DNA of 64,000 bases from Octopus vulgaris (lineage: Eukaryota): NCBI GenBank assembly GCA_951406725.2, contig OX597831.1, forward strand, positions 50,468,001 through 50,532,000, read 5' to 3'. Of this stretch, positions 41,189 to 55,904 are shown in pieces; the stretch's first letter is position 1; each line of letters opens with the position of its first letter. The position numbers and the translations under genes were made by a program. The notes under the pieces were generated by a model. That model worked only from the letters and a program-made list of their open reading frames with translations, was not told where the DNA came from and made no database searches.

Positions 41189-42333
41189 TGTCGATTACAT
41201 CGATCCCAGTGTTTCATTGGTACTTAGTTTATCCACCTCGAAAGGACGAAAGGCAAAGTCGATCCCGAAGTCATTTGAACACAGAACGTGAAGATCGACG
41301 AAATATTGCTAAGCATTTCACCCATAAACAAAAATGCGTAAAGCTGAATAAAATGTTGAATAGGCTGTTATATATTATATTAGTTTTTTTCCGATTTTAT
41401 ACAACATTCAGTAATTTTATGGATGAAAGAATAGTAAGCCGTAGTGATGATCCCTTTCCCCAGTATTACTATCATGCAAAAGAATCGATTCTATGCAACA
41501 CAGCGTACAGTACTGTAGATTAATTTACATTCTTTGTCGCTAAGTGGTATAGTAAAGTAATGAATGGTTGATATCAAAATGATAAAATAGTTTGATCGCT
41601 ACCTCGGTAATATAATTTAGATTCCCAATGGGAAATCATGGTTTGATTTTCCTTCTGCTCATTACCTGATCTGAAAGTAATTTATTTACATTCAGTGTAA
41701 TCCCTTTTCATATCCCAGCTGGAAATATTTTCTTTGCATCTTTCATGCTCTAGGGAAAGGTATTTATACAAAACCATAAGCTTTGGCTAGTTTTTGGAAA
41801 TGAATTAACGACAACAATAATGTACTTGATGTAAAACTAATTGATTTCTAATTTTTGTACAAGGTCGCGAGAGTCACTGGTAAATATTAGAGTCTACCGA
41901 ATCGCCTCATTTATTGGTTGGCAAACATTGTATTAGACTAAGAGGGTGGGGAAGAAAACAATGAGGACGCAAAAAGGACAAGAAAACAATGATAACTCGG
42001 GAGGAATTTGAAAATGAAATGAAAATTAGACTTTACGAATACTATAACATCTATAACTTAGATTTCTGTTGACAATGTCTCTTCAACTGCCCTTCACGTC
42101 ATAATGTTGCTTCTAACTTTGACACATGACTAGCAGATTAAAGGGGAGGATTTGGTCGATTAAATTTACCCCATTATTAAACTGGTACTTTAATTTGTCG
42201 ATATATATACATATAATAGTCAGAAAACTTGGAGAGCGGCTGCATGACAATCTAAAACATAGAAATCAGGTAGTAGTAGTGAAAGGGCCTGCTTCCAAGG
42301 ACACACTGTCCGGGGCCTCTGCTGTTCATACGG

Positions 42334-42420
<87 letters not shown>

Positions 42421-42512
42421 CATATATATATATATATTGTGTATATATATATATTTATACATATATATATATATATTGTGTGTGTGTATGTATGTATGTA
42501 TATATATATGTG

Positions 42513-42543
<31 letters not shown>

Positions 42544-43869
42544 ACATATGAACTACAATAAACAAAAATGCAAAACGAAAGCAATCCAAGAAAAATATAA
42601 TTGCACTAAACGTTGTGTCATATTTCATCATAGATATGGATATTTATTATTAGATTCTTTCAATTTAATTTACATTCTTATTATTTTATTCCACATTTGA
42701 AAAATTTTGCAATACTTTAAAAGTGATATGAATTTAAAATGCCGTTAGCCAATAAACATGTTTTGACAAATTTTGTTAAATTATTCCTTTACAAGGAAGG
42801 AAATGTTATTTGAAATGTTGTTGTCTTATAAATTGTTTTCATCTCAACTACACTAAAACTGTCTAGAATTCTCAGCTAGGCTGGCTATCTCCTTTTAATT
42901 ATAATGATTAACATGATTAACACGATTACCTTTAATCATTAAAATATGATCATAAAAATATTATGACTAAAATGCCCTATTTGTTATCAAGTGAAAATGA
43001 CTTTGTCATATAAATAGCTTAAAGAAACCAAATTTATTTCACACTTACAAGACACTCGGTTACGCACACTATCAGTTCTTTTACAGAATCCAAGTCAAAA
43101 ATATCGAGGTATCGTTCATTCAAATATTATCATCATCGGTATTGCTAGTAATTTAATAAAAAATTAATTATAAGGCATCTGCAAGAACTTGTAGCAGATT
43201 TTCCCAGCAATAATTTCGTTCATAATTGTAGCAAAGCGTACTGAAGTATCTGCTATGTTAAAAAAAAAAAAAACGATGCATCGACGTACTAGTCAATAAA
43301 CAGTGTGGCCATGATTGTTACTTATTTTCATCAAATGTCAGCCCAATAAAGACAGAACACAAGTTTGACAAGTGTAAAAGCAAACTAGATAATCTCCATA
43401 TTTTAAATTATTGTACATATTACTCTATTTTTACCATATTTATGTAACCTGTTAGATTTATTATAGTGTATTTTTCGCATGCGAAAACACTGTTTTTGAA
43501 AGACATTTGAAAATTGCGTGATGATTTTAAGTATCACTGAATCTCATTACTATCCTGCCGAGAGTTGTAGCTTCAATGACATTTATCAATGAACAAATAT
43601 CCTCATTGCATATTGGATCAAAGTTATGTTTTTTTTTCTTCTCAATTGTAGCTATGTGAAATCATGTATTACAACAAACACTAACAGCTCAAATCTTCCA
43701 GCACAAATGTAGAATTCAACAAATCATATACGATTATATGTTTTTAATGCATTGAATAGTTTAATACATAAATACATTATTTTGCAAGCTATTTCCTGTT
43801 AAAATATTGAAATGCCAATGCGATATATACGCTATCATATATGGTAATATTTTGCACAAACATGACAGC

Positions 43870-44260
43870 GTGCTGGCGAAATAGTTAGTACACCAGGCAA
43901 AATACTTAACGGCATTTCGACTGCCGCTTCGTTCTGAGTTCAAATTCCGCCGAGGGCGACTTTCCCTTTCATCCTTTCGGAGTCGATTAAATAAGTATCA
44001 GTTACGTACTGAGGTCGATATAATCGACTCAATCCGTTTGTCTGTCCTTGATTGTCCTCTCTGTGTTTAGCCGCTTGTGGGTAGTAAAGAAATAGGCATT
44101 TCTTCCGTTTTCACGTTCTGAATTCAAATTCCGCCGAGGTCGACTTTGCCTTTCTTCCTTTCGGAGTCGATAAATTAAATACCAGTTGAACACTATGGTC
44201 GATGTAATTGACTTATTCTCTCCTCCAAAATCGCTGGCCTTGTGTCAAAAGTCTGAAACC
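43870..44260 (+). mobile_element. Tandem Nin/Deu-domain SINEs (family B)
   Basis: gagttcaaattccgccgagg.cgacttt.cctttcatcctttcgg.gtcgat.aa..aagta.cag; the first copy carries the LINE-like tail. Confidence 0.8.
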
Positions 44261-45291
44261 AATTTTATGCACGAACATAATATTAATGATTGTAGATTAG
44301 AGCTTACATCAACAAATTCCAAATCACCCGATTCGACACGCAAAAATCTGTTGACGCGTTTGTAGTTCTAAAAAAACAACTACTAGCAGCAGCAGCAGCT
44401 ACTAGAATAGTGGCAACAACATTTGCGCCAATTTTCACCATCAGTAGAGACAGTAATAAGTTTTTATCATTTCTCATGGTTATTTACTCTTCAAACTAGC
44501 AGCACTTTTTGATGGCGGCAGAGAGCGTATATTTATTGTATCACAGTAAGAGTTAGTAAGCTGAACTCCAAATTCAAATGGCTGAGTAAAATATACCGAA
44601 AGCTTGACAGACCAAATACTCAGAACACGAAATTTTAAAATATGTTAGAGACAAATATGTAATTAGGTTTTTATAAAAGCCATTTATTTACAAATTTAAA
44701 AGCAGGTTGATTCGAGAAAAAAACATTGTAAGATATTTTATGTTATGTTGGGCTAACATCTTTAGAAGTAAAACGAACATACTGAAACCATTGTAAATCA
44801 TATTTGGCCAAAATATGCAAATTGCCCTTAACGTGTTTCTTGTTTGACAGAAGATTCTAAACAAAACTTTTAGAAACGAAAAGCATGTGCCAAGTTTTTT
44901 GGAGGGCTTCTTCTAGAACCTATATAGTTTTCAGAGATTAGAACGCTATTGGCAGGAAATACCGGATGTCTTTCTATTCTTCACGTAATAGGAGTTTCAC
45001 TTTTTTACCATCTTTGTTTATGATAGTTCTATTCTTCCAGATAGTTTCTTCCTTGCAGGAGAACCGTTTTTTTTATTCTGGATAGGCATGCTAAATCTTT
45101 TTTGTTAGGCATAGAAATTAATATTTTCATCTTCCTTCAGGATTGCTTCACAAGAAATAACATGGTGATTTCTAATATGCTAATTCTTCCAGTACCAGTT
45201 GAGTATTGGGATCGATATAATCAACTAAGCACCTTCCCCGAATATGTTTTCTAATATGCATATCATGAAGGAATTTATTTTATTTACAATT

Positions 45292-46074
45292 ACCGTATTT
45301 GGCCACGCACCCCTATTTTACAAGGATATTTTGCGAATTCCTATAGATATTTACAGTTACTCGTTCTCACTGTTACCATCCATATTACCGGTACTCTCTT
45401 CATCACTGAAATTCTCTGCAATAGGATTTGGGTGACCAGTATCTTCTTCCAACTATAAATCGTCCTCCGTACTGTCAAGGGCATAATTACCGTCTTGTTT
45501 GATGTTTCATCAAATGTCAGAGACTTCGTCTATATATTTATTTGCTATCTGTGAAAGTTCAAAATTAATATTTTTACTTGCATTAATGACATACCTGTGA
45601 AACTTAAGTATTTGCTCTTTGTATACAAGGGGAACTTTTTTGTGCTATTCTTGTCCTAGCCCTCATATAGGGGTTATTTCTCCTCATTAATCTGGAACAC
45701 CATGATGTTGACCCTTTAAAATCGTTAATGTCATTGTCTATTATTATAAGTATTGAAAGGTACATAATCATTTTAGTGGATACTGGAAAGCCCGATCTTC
45801 TTTGGTCTAAAACCCATGTCTTAAATTCCTCTAGTTTAGGCCACTTTACAACTCCCTTACAGAGGCAGTGTTTGCAACATTTAGCAGCTTTCAGCAACTC
45901 TTCTAGTTTCCTCCAAGTCCTAACCATTTTCTCGCTTATTTGGTGGACCAAAATACCAAGCAGCTACCCTATTACCATGGTCATGCTACGACATTTAGTT
46001 TAAAATTGATGATATAACAGTGTCTTGTTTTGTTTGTCAGCAGTGGGTTTGGATTCTGGAAAAAAATTACCGTA
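45292..46074 (-). mobile_element. Deleted pogo/Tigger-like DNA transposon (CENP-B-type HTH)
   Basis: KWPKLEEFKTWVLDQRRSGFPVSTKMI...FKGSTSWCSRLMRRNN...RTRIAQK; TA-ccgtattt left end and aaaaattaccgta right end. Confidence 0.7.
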
Positions 46075-46495
46075 AATAAACTTAAGCTGTACATTATGGG
46101 AAACTTTATCTCAACTATTGCTTCCTCTCAGATCAGCTGTATAGATGTTTCTTTTTGGGGCAAGAGAATTCTCATACAGGATGTGAAACTGATATTTCTG
46201 TATGTGATATCTAATGTTACCGCAAAAGGCCACGAAGTGGAAAATAAGGGAAAAAAGACTAAAAGAGCCAAACATAAATGAATGGCCAAAAAAGGAACAT
46301 AACAGAAAGAAGGCACTATTGCAAAATCGAAACCTCCGACACATCATCTTATCTGGTCATTGCAAATGGCTGCCGAGCGTATGAAAATTTATGAACATTT
46401 CATTCAAATTTCTAGGAGCATTTGTCATTTAGATGAGCAAATGTTTCTTAAATGTAACCCAGTCGTTAGATAATGTAATACATATATCAAGTGTG

Positions 46496-46730
46496 AGCGA
46501 GCTGGCGAGCTGGAAGAAACGTTAGCACACCGGGCGAAATGCGTAGCCGTATTTCATCTGTCCTTACGTTCCGAGTTCAAGTTCCGCCGGGGTCGACTTT
46601 GCCTTTCATCCTTTCGGGGTCGATATATTAAGTACCAGTTACACACTGGGGTCGATGTAATCGACTTAATCTATTTGTCTGTCCTTGTTTGTCCCCTCTG
46701 TGTTTGGCCCCTTGTGGGTAGTAAAGAAAT
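46496..46730 (+). mobile_element. Nin/Deu-domain SINE (family B), near full length
   Basis: gagctgg.agaaacgttagc head, gcctttcatcctttcggggtcgat...aagtaccag core, tail gtttgtcccctctgtg...cttgtgggtagtaaagaaat; atatatcaagtgtg on both sides looks like a target-site duplication. Confidence 0.85.
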
Positions 46731-48409
46731 ATATATCAAGTGTGGGTTATGTATGATGATGAAGAAGGTAAGGGAGATGATGTGAGTTTCCCTCATAACT
46801 ATCAACGTACGTATCGTAAGCAATTTTTCGTAAGTTTGTAATAACAGACTTTGATAATTCGGCTTGTTTTCAATATCTTAATATTAGTAACACAATTTAC
46901 TGTAATAGTGTGGCTTGTTTTGATTATTTTATCATAGCGACAATGTTTGTGTCTAGGGGACTTACCCAGTATGCTCGTGCGGCTTCCTAGTCTACGACGC
47001 TCGGTCTCCAATCCATAATACGGGCGCATTAGACGCAAGGCAATTTTTTTATACATTTAAAAATAAGAAAGGCTCGTCCAATCTGCAAGCAAACACGGTA
47101 TCTCTCTATATATAAACGGCAGTTTGTCTGTGTGTGTTTCTGTGTGTCTGTTAGGTAGTACCCTCACCCTGAGCCCCGACTTTATTCCGAGCATTACAAC
47201 ATGAAAATTATTTGTTTCCAGTATTTGCCAATCTGTATTTGTGTGACTTGTAGATCTGTTTCCGACATCTCTGCATAGACAAAAGACAATTGTTTTTTAG
47301 ACATTTTTCATAAGCTTTCACATTTTGGCAACATCAACATCTCCAGCGGAGACGCCCACAAAGCAAAAGAAAAATATTACAGCGCAACGCCACGCCAAGA
47401 ATGAAGATAGCGTAAAATCAAATCGCACCGCATAATGTAAAACTGACAACAAAAACAAGGAAATAATGAGGAATTCAATGACCGTATTGTAGACAATGCA
47501 AATAGTATCATTTGGTAAATAACTGTGTTTGTTTCAGTCGTCATACAAACACAGTTGTTAGATTTGACAAAGTTCCCAGTTGGAGGAATTGATTCACAGG
47601 ATTGTATAACAGTAGCGACTATCCCTTTATCCGAGAACATAATTCAAGACAAAGAAATGAAGCAACTAAAATATCTATGGCTAAAGAATGCTGGTGCTTG
47701 TATCCATTTACCTTAGAAACAGCAGTTAGAAGAAGCACTAAAGGAAATACCAGGGAGATATTCTCTTCTCTGTAATGGTAAAAACTTGTGACAATGGCTC
47801 TTGTACAATAAGGACTGTTAGAAGAGATAACCGGCATGAATTTTGTTTTATTCATTTCTTTTAATCAATTTACTATTTCGGCTTCTGAAAATTCAAACTG
47901 AGTTGCAATTTCGAAGATGTTTAATACGGACTGACATAATGAAATGTTTTCATGTATTTTATCATAATAAGTGTTTAGCGTTGTCCTGCTTATAAGCATC
48001 AATATTTTAACCCTGCATCGTTCATAACTAAGAGATTTCGCGAGTGTTTATGACTTTATGACCTCACACCGAGATATTTTGGATCCAGTTACCAAAATTA
48101 TATATTTGTTTTTATGCGTAATTTTCAATGAATAATCTTCGCTAATCAACTTCTTTCTTATAAAGACATGATGTAGAACTATGAATATTTAATTGAGGTA
48201 GGTCAGGATTCTGTTCATCTGATAATAGCCTAAGTTGTTATACGTTATGCAAGTTATGAAAATCTTATTTAGGTTGTCTGACGGAGAATATCAATATCAC
48301 CAAAAGACATCACCTTTTACATTGATACCGATAACCTAAAAACATAAAACTACATAACACCTTACCATCCCATATATATATATGTATATATACACACATA
48401 TATAATACA

Positions 48410-48536
48410 TATTCTTTTACTTATTTCAGCCACTTGACTACGGCCATGCAGGAGCACCGCTTTAATGGAACAAATCGACTCCAGGACTTATTCTTTGAAA
48501 GCCTAGTACTTATTCTATTGGTCACTTTTGCCGAAC

Positions 48537-48567
<31 letters not shown>

Positions 48568-48730
48568 CGACGTGCTTCTTTCAGTTTCCGTCAACCAAAT
48601 CCACTCGCAAGGTATTGGTAGACCCGAGACTATAGCAGAAGATACTTGCCCGAGCAGCCACGCTGTGAATCTGAACCCGGAACCCTGTGATTGGGAAGCA
48701 ACTTCCTACCATACAGCGACTCCTGCGCCT
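48410..48730 (-). mobile_element. SINE family A (internally deleted)
   Basis: Reverse complement of head and tail. Confidence 0.75.
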
Positions 48731-49254
48731 GTCCATAAAGCGACTTCTGATATATATATCAGAAAATGGTGAAGAAAAAATATAATAGATGCTTGGTTCA
48801 TTTTATTTGTATCACAATGGAAAAGTAAGGCAAAGTAAAAGAGATACCTATAAGAATAAGTATAAAAGGAACCGGATTAACAAAACAACCCCAAACTATC
48901 CGAAAAAAAACCTACACATGTTTCAATTGGATAGTATGTTTGAACCATCAACATTCTAACTGTTATAGATTTAATAAACCATATATTGCAGAGTATCTTC
49001 AGTAAGTATATATTGCGGTCTTGAATTACGAAATAACTTATTTGAGGATCATGTTTAGAAATTTTCAAATGTAAGCAACACCTTATTAGGAGGCGGGGTC
49101 CATGTAATTAGAAATTGCTCGTTTAAATTTACCTAGTATTGAACGTGGAAATGTTGCTAAAACACCAAATCCATTTGAAAAATATATCTATAATTATATT
49201 TATAATATATTTAAAAAAGTTTATGGGCGGCAGATGGTAGAAAGACAAATGCGA

Positions 49255-49538
49255 TTTATCATGAGGGATATAATATACAAAGAATTAAATTGAGAAATGA
49301 TTAAGAAGCGATGAAATTTTGTTTATACGATAAGTTTTTTTTTTTTAGTATCACTACAGAGAAATATATTTATATATATGAAAGTGTATGAGGGGAAGAT
49401 GTGATAAATATGATTATAACTTATCATGAGTGGTGTAATATACAAAGGATAAGATTAAGAAATGTTAGTACAGAAGGTATGCAAAGTTTGTTTATATAAT
49501 ACTACGATAATGTTTTTAAAAGTACTACAGAAAAATAT
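49255..49538. repeat. Diverged tandem duplication, ~165-bp period
   Basis: ttatcatgag...taatatacaaag...gaaatg.tta...ttgtttata...cgataa...actacaga occurs twice. Confidence 0.65.
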
Positions 49539-50054
49539 TGCTGCTATTTAGGATTTAATTGGTTAAAATATAATTTCCGGTGTTGTAAGAAAAAATATTA
49601 AGCATGTAAAAATAATATCACACCCATTGTTAATACCACCTTACTAATAATATCGCACCTTACTTATAATATCACAACAGAAGGAATCCATTAAGTAATA
49701 CAAGTACTTAAAGACAGGAAGCATTGACACGATGAAACAGTTCCCATTCTGGATCTAGTTTCCAATAAAATTCGGTTGTGGATATTCACAAGAGCAAAAG
49801 AGGTGCTATAAGTTAAACAGGTGTCACTTGTAATGTTCTTATGTGCTCACATACAATTCAAATTTCATTTTGGCCAAGTAGGATGCACTATAACAGTAGC
49901 AAATTATTGGTTTATTCATATATATGCCTATAAACATATACTAACGCTAATACTTGCAAAGATGCATACATATATAATGATCCGAATACAGGGAGTAGAA
50001 CAGGTAATGATATATATATGTAAGTGCGTGTATGTATGTGTGTACACATATCTT

Positions 50055-50135
50055 CAAGCCGATCACATACAAATATTCTTATCCGTGCCCATTCACACTG
50101 AAGACGAATACCAATCTTTGTATATGATCGGCTTG
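50055..50135. other. 81-nt hairpin
   Basis: caagccgatcacatacaaatatt pairs with aatctttgtatatgatcggcttg (2 mismatches); inner tatccgt/acgaata. Confidence 0.75.
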
Positions 50136-50576
50136 CAGTATTTTGGGGGCAATTTCTGCCATGAAACCAATAGTAGCCTTAATACATACATGAAAAAAAA
50201 CCTTTATCCACTATTGTGTTGATGAGCACTCATTCGCATTGTTCGATATTATATATATATAACATGGTGGACCAGATCACTTTAAGCTACCCTACTACTA
50301 TAATGTAAACTTTTTTGAACTTATTATATTCTGTGCGCGTATGTATATACAGATACAATACCAATATTCCACTGAACTTTTAATAATTCCTTCTGGAAAG
50401 TATCTTTAACATTTTCTTGAGAATGTATATATATGTTGTAATCTTTTGTGCCCAATATTTTAATAAACTTGTTAAACTTTTTTATGTTCTTAACATGTTC
50501 TTGTTACCAAAGAATGTATATATGTATTGTAGTATTTTGTGACAACCAATAATTAACACAACCAAACTTTTACATG

Positions 50577-50621
50577 TTACTTTTGACAATTTTTTTCTAA
50601 AAAGTGAAACCGGTAAAGTAA
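50577..50621 (+). ncRNA. Degenerate minimal hammerhead-like motif
   Basis: ttactt-TTGACAA-[ttttt...aaaaag]-t-GAAAC-CG-GTA-aagtaa; stem I perfect, two core changes. Confidence 0.4.
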
Positions 50622-50703
50622 ATAAACATCTTCTAAAATTGCATTTTCAAACTTTCTTTCATATATAATTCCACTCGTGCGGTACCTTACAACTCCACTT
50701 TGT

Positions 50704-51171
<468 letters not shown>

Positions 51172-51249
51172 TATATATTCAAAAGTGTTACTGTATACAC
51201 CCAAATGTGGTACTCAGTACATGATATTGTCGAGACTCACTATGTTAAG

Positions 51250-51815
51250 CCGCTTAGCTTAGTGGCATGGGTATTCGGCTCATGATCGTAAGGTCGTGAG
51301 TTCAATTCCAGGCGGCGCGTTGTGTCCTTGAGCACGACACGTTATTTCAAGTTGCCACAATCCACTCCGCTCGCAAAACTGAGTAGTAGCTGTATTTCAA
51401 AGGGCCAGCCGGGTCATATTCTGTATCACACTAAATCTCTCTGAGAACTACATTAAGACTACACGCGTCAGTATAGTCCTCGCCCAGTTGCACGTTAATT
51501 TCATTACCAAGCTGTTTCGTTGAGGTCGACTTTAATTTCATTACCAAGCTGTTCCGCCGAGGTCGACTTTAATTTCATTACCAAGCTGTTCCGCCGAGGT
51601 CGACTTTAATTTCATTACCAAGCTGTTCCGCCGAGGTCGACTTTGCCTTTCATCCTTTCGGGGTCGATAAATTAAGTACCAGTTACGCACTGGAGGTCGA
51701 TGTAATCGACTTAATACCTATGTCTGTCCTTGTTTGTCCCCTCTGTGTTTAGCCCCTTGTGGGTAATAAAGAAATAGGATTAACTGGAACCCCCGTCGTC
51801 GTAACCGAGTGAGTG
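51250..51815 (+). mobile_element. SINE family D interrupted by a Nin-SINE, with a 4x37-bp junction repeat
   Basis: Matches 53311-53625 on both sides of the insert; Nin-SINE body and tail run to ~51775. Confidence 0.75.
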
Positions 51816-52673
51816 TCAGCAGCAGCAGAAGCAGAGACTCGCTGAGCATAGATTTCCTTACATACACGTATGAGTGTTTGCTCGTTTGTGCTTCTGTGTG
51901 TGTGTGAATAAGTTTTTGTAATGTGTGCTGTGTATTTTGGTACGTTTGTATTTCTAAATATGTCTAAATCTGCTATTTACATCCAGACAACAACAAAAAG
52001 TTTAGACGCCTTTAGTTTAATCTATAAAATTTCAATAGCTATGAGCATTTATTTCCTTACTCTTCCCGTGCTACGTTTTCCGACATATCAAATATGAGAT
52101 GTCATATTTAGGTAAGTTCCTGTGTGCGTGTGTGTGTGTGTGTGCGTGCGTGTGCGGGTACGTGTGTGTACGTGTGTGCGTGCATGCATGCTTATGTGTG
52201 TATATATATATATATCTATATGCATATATATGTATGCGTGTATATGTACGTAGTACGTATGTATTTATTATGTATGTATGTATGTATGTATGTATGTATG
52301 TATGTATGTATGTATGTATGTATGCACTGGGGTGAGAAACGTTATGTTCATTGTGTGTGAGGTATTTGCTTTGTGGCCTTCTCCAGAATAAATTCTATTT
52401 TCATTTATTTATAATCTTTTCAAGTATTCTCTCATTGTTAACAAAGTCATGATCTATTTACAATATTTAATGTACCAACAACACTACAGAAAACTATCTT
52501 ACCATAACACAATATCCGCCTACACAAACACGCTTCCAAGAGGCATAAACTTTAGTATTTCTATCGATATACATTAATATAAAGATATCAATACAAATAA
52601 TATTTCGTTTCTATTTGCACATATTCTCTCTTTCACACACTCACAAACACACATGTATAAACATACATATCTG

Positions 52674-52810
<137 letters not shown>

Positions 52811-53235
52811 ATACATATATTAGGCATTTATACATACATAAATTTATATATGTTTATATATATATACGGATCTATAAATAGCAAAATGTATATGTATATC
52901 TCTAGACATATACATATATAAAAATATGTGTTTCTGCTGATGTGTGAATATATCACACATCAGCGCCGCGAGTGTGTATGGATATATGTATGTATAATTT
53001 TATAAAAACAGATATGAATATACATGCGTCGAGATGCATGCATATACATTTACATGAACATATGCATATACACACATATATGCATATCTACATACATATA
53101 TAAATACACAGTGCTTATGTATTCTTCACATACATTATTTATATACAAATATATGCATATATATGTATATATAAATGTGTAAACCTATGTGAATACACAC
53201 ACACAGACATATATATATATATATTTATATATATA

Positions 53236-53301
<66 letters not shown>

Positions 53302-53310
53302 CATATTTAG

Positions 53311-53625
53311 TGAAGGCACGTGGCCTTGTGGTTAGAGTATACGGTTCACGATTGTAAGGTGTGATATCAATCCCCGACCACACGTTGTGTCGTTGAGCAA
53401 AACACTTAATTTCACGTTGCTCCAGTTCACTCAGCTGGCGAAAATGAGTCATACCTGTATTTCAAAGGGAAGACTTGTCACACTCTGTGTCACGCTGAAT
53501 CTCCCTGAGATCTTCATTAACAGTACAGGTGTCTATGGAACGCTCAGTCACTTGCACGTTTATTTCACGAGCAAACTGTTGATCGTATCAGCTGGGACCC
53601 ACGTCGTTGTAACCGACGGAGTGTT
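53311..53625 (+). mobile_element. tRNA-derived SINE family D
   Basis: ggcacgtggccttgtggttagag head; gttgtgtcgttgagcaaaacactt core. Confidence 0.75.
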
Positions 53626-53629
53626 CCTA

Positions 53630-53672
<43 letters not shown>

Positions 53673-53734
53673 AATTTTGAACATATGTGTAGATCTGTGT
53701 ATATACACATGTATACATATATACATACATATAT

Positions 53735-53767
<33 letters not shown>

Positions 53768-54418
53768 CCCACGCACGCACACACATCCACACACGCATAT
53801 TGTGTGTGGATAGATGGTTAAAGATCCTTCCCGACTCATTGGGGCACAAAACCCGTTTACCAGATTCTGTTGCGTAAATGTTTTGTTTTGCTTTGCTTTG
53901 TTTTGTTTTGGTTTTTTTTTGGGGGGGGCGCAACAATGCAAGCCCCACCACCACCACCACCACCACCAGCCCCAGTCCAGTATTTTCGAAACCCCAATCT
54001 TATCATCGTAAGTGCAACACTCAAATCACCTACCGAAGTAACTGCATACGCGTATGGAGCGATACATGCATGCCTATTAATGTGAGAAATATATTAAAAA
54101 AATTATTGAAAAAGACATATTCAGGAGCATTGTGTGTTTTTTCAAGAACGTGTGTGTATAGCAATGTGTGAATATGAAACAACGACATTATTATGTATAG
54201 AGTTTTTATTCACAATAAATATATTTTAATGAAAAAAAATCCCTATTAACTCAAGCGAACTGACAAACAACTCCGCCTCCATCACATACTCACATATATA
54301 CACACACAAGTAGATTTACACAGACGTGTAGTCACACATGCGATATATTCCGCAACACATTTTACCACGAAATACACAAACAAATGAACACAGTCATTCA
54401 CACACACACACACACACA

Positions 54419-54466
<48 letters not shown>

Positions 54467-54535
54467 ACACACAAACACACACACACACTCACACACACGC
54501 ACATACATATGCACGTGTTCATTACTATATATAAG

Positions 54536-54580
<45 letters not shown>

Positions 54581-54589
54581 TATTATTTT

Positions 54590-54738
54590 TTCAGTCATTT
54601 GACTGCGGCCATGCTGGAGCACCTCCTCTGGTCTGACAAATCGACACCTGGACTTATTCTTTGTAAGCCTAGTACTTGTTCTATCGGTTACTTATCCGAA
54701 TTTCTAAATTACAGGAAGGTAAACACACCAACATCGGT
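54590..54738 (-). mobile_element. SINE family A 3' part
   Basis: cagtcatttgactgcggccatgctggagcacc...cttattctttgtaagcctagtact. Confidence 0.75.
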
Positions 54739-54739
54739 T

Positions 54740-55515
54740 GATTTTTTAACTCCTCTTGCAGGGAACCATGAATGTACTTCAAAAAGTAGTAGTTGGTAAG
54801 AGAGAAATCTGCAGAATAAGCTGGGTGGCGAAGAACTTCGTAGCTAAGTTCCCCAAACTTCTGGAGCTTCATTAGGGAAACGTGTGGTCGAGCATTATCA
54901 TGAAGAATGACCGGCCCTCTTCTGTTGACCAGTCTGGGATGGAGGGGTAGCAGTTTTTCCTTCACTTTTGGAATTTCATGGCAATATTTTTTTTTGCAGT
55001 AACAGTTTTTCCGGGTTTTAAGTTGTAGTGGATGAGTCCACCAAACAGTCGCCATAACATTCTTTTTGAAGAGCTCGGGTTGAGGGAAGGTTTTCGGTGC
55101 TTCATTTTGGTCCTACCACTGCGAAGAACGTTTTTTTTTTTATAGTATAGAATCTATTTTTCATCGCAAATTAAAATACGGTAGAGAAATAGTTCGATCT
55201 GGTTACGGAGAATAAGCGACGAGCAAATTTCATATCTGCGCATTTACTGGTTTTCATTCATATCGTGTGGTATACATTTGGTTTTCATTCACATCGTGTG
55301 GTATACAAGGTGTTTTTATTTTCCGATCGCATGCAAGTGGTAGCAGGTTGTTCTCTGCCTAACTTGAAGTTCTCTTGCCAGTTCTCGAGTGGTCTTAAGT
55401 GGATCTTTCAGAATGATGGTCTTTAATAGACCGTCACGGATGATAGAAGGGCGTCCCCTACGCCCACGATCTTCAAGGCTCGGGTCTCCACTGCGAAATC
55501 GTTTAAAGCATCCGA
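54740..55515 (-). mobile_element. mariner (DD34D-type) transposase remnant
   Basis: RRGPVILHDNARPH...YEVLRHPAYSADFSLTNYYF; upstream degenerate HTH and catalytic segments. Confidence 0.85.
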
Positions 55516-55519
55516 ATTG

Positions 55520-55850
55520 CTAAGTTACAGGGGCGTAAATACACTAACATCGGTTGTCAAGCGATGATGGGGGACAAACACAAACACACAAATACATACA
55601 TATGCATATATATATATATATGCATATATATATAAATATTCCTGTGTCTGCGTGTGTCCCCTTACCATCGCTTGACAACCGATGCTAGTGTGTGTACGTC
55701 CCGCAACTTAGCGGTCGGTTCGGTAAAAGACACCAATAGGATAAGTACTATGTTCAGAAAGATAAGTCCTGAGTTCGATTCGTTCGACTAAAAACACTTT
55801 AAGGCGGTGCTCCAGCATTGCCGCTGTCAAATGACTAAAACAAAAAATAA
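55520..55850 (+). mobile_element. SINE family A pieces arranged as an inverted pair around a microsatellite
   Basis: 55520-55590 is the reverse complement of 55650-55712; the plus-strand body continues to 55850. Confidence 0.7.
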
Positions 55851-55859
55851 AATAATAGG

Positions 55860-55904
<45 letters not shown>

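Noticed and set aside
48877-49140. Minus-strand TWTPPP motif resembling a PLE N-terminus
   Set aside because: Too short and broken to call
51495-51642. CRISPR-like 37-bp repeats
   Set aside because: Head-to-tail with no spacers, SINE-derived, eukaryotic context, no cas genes
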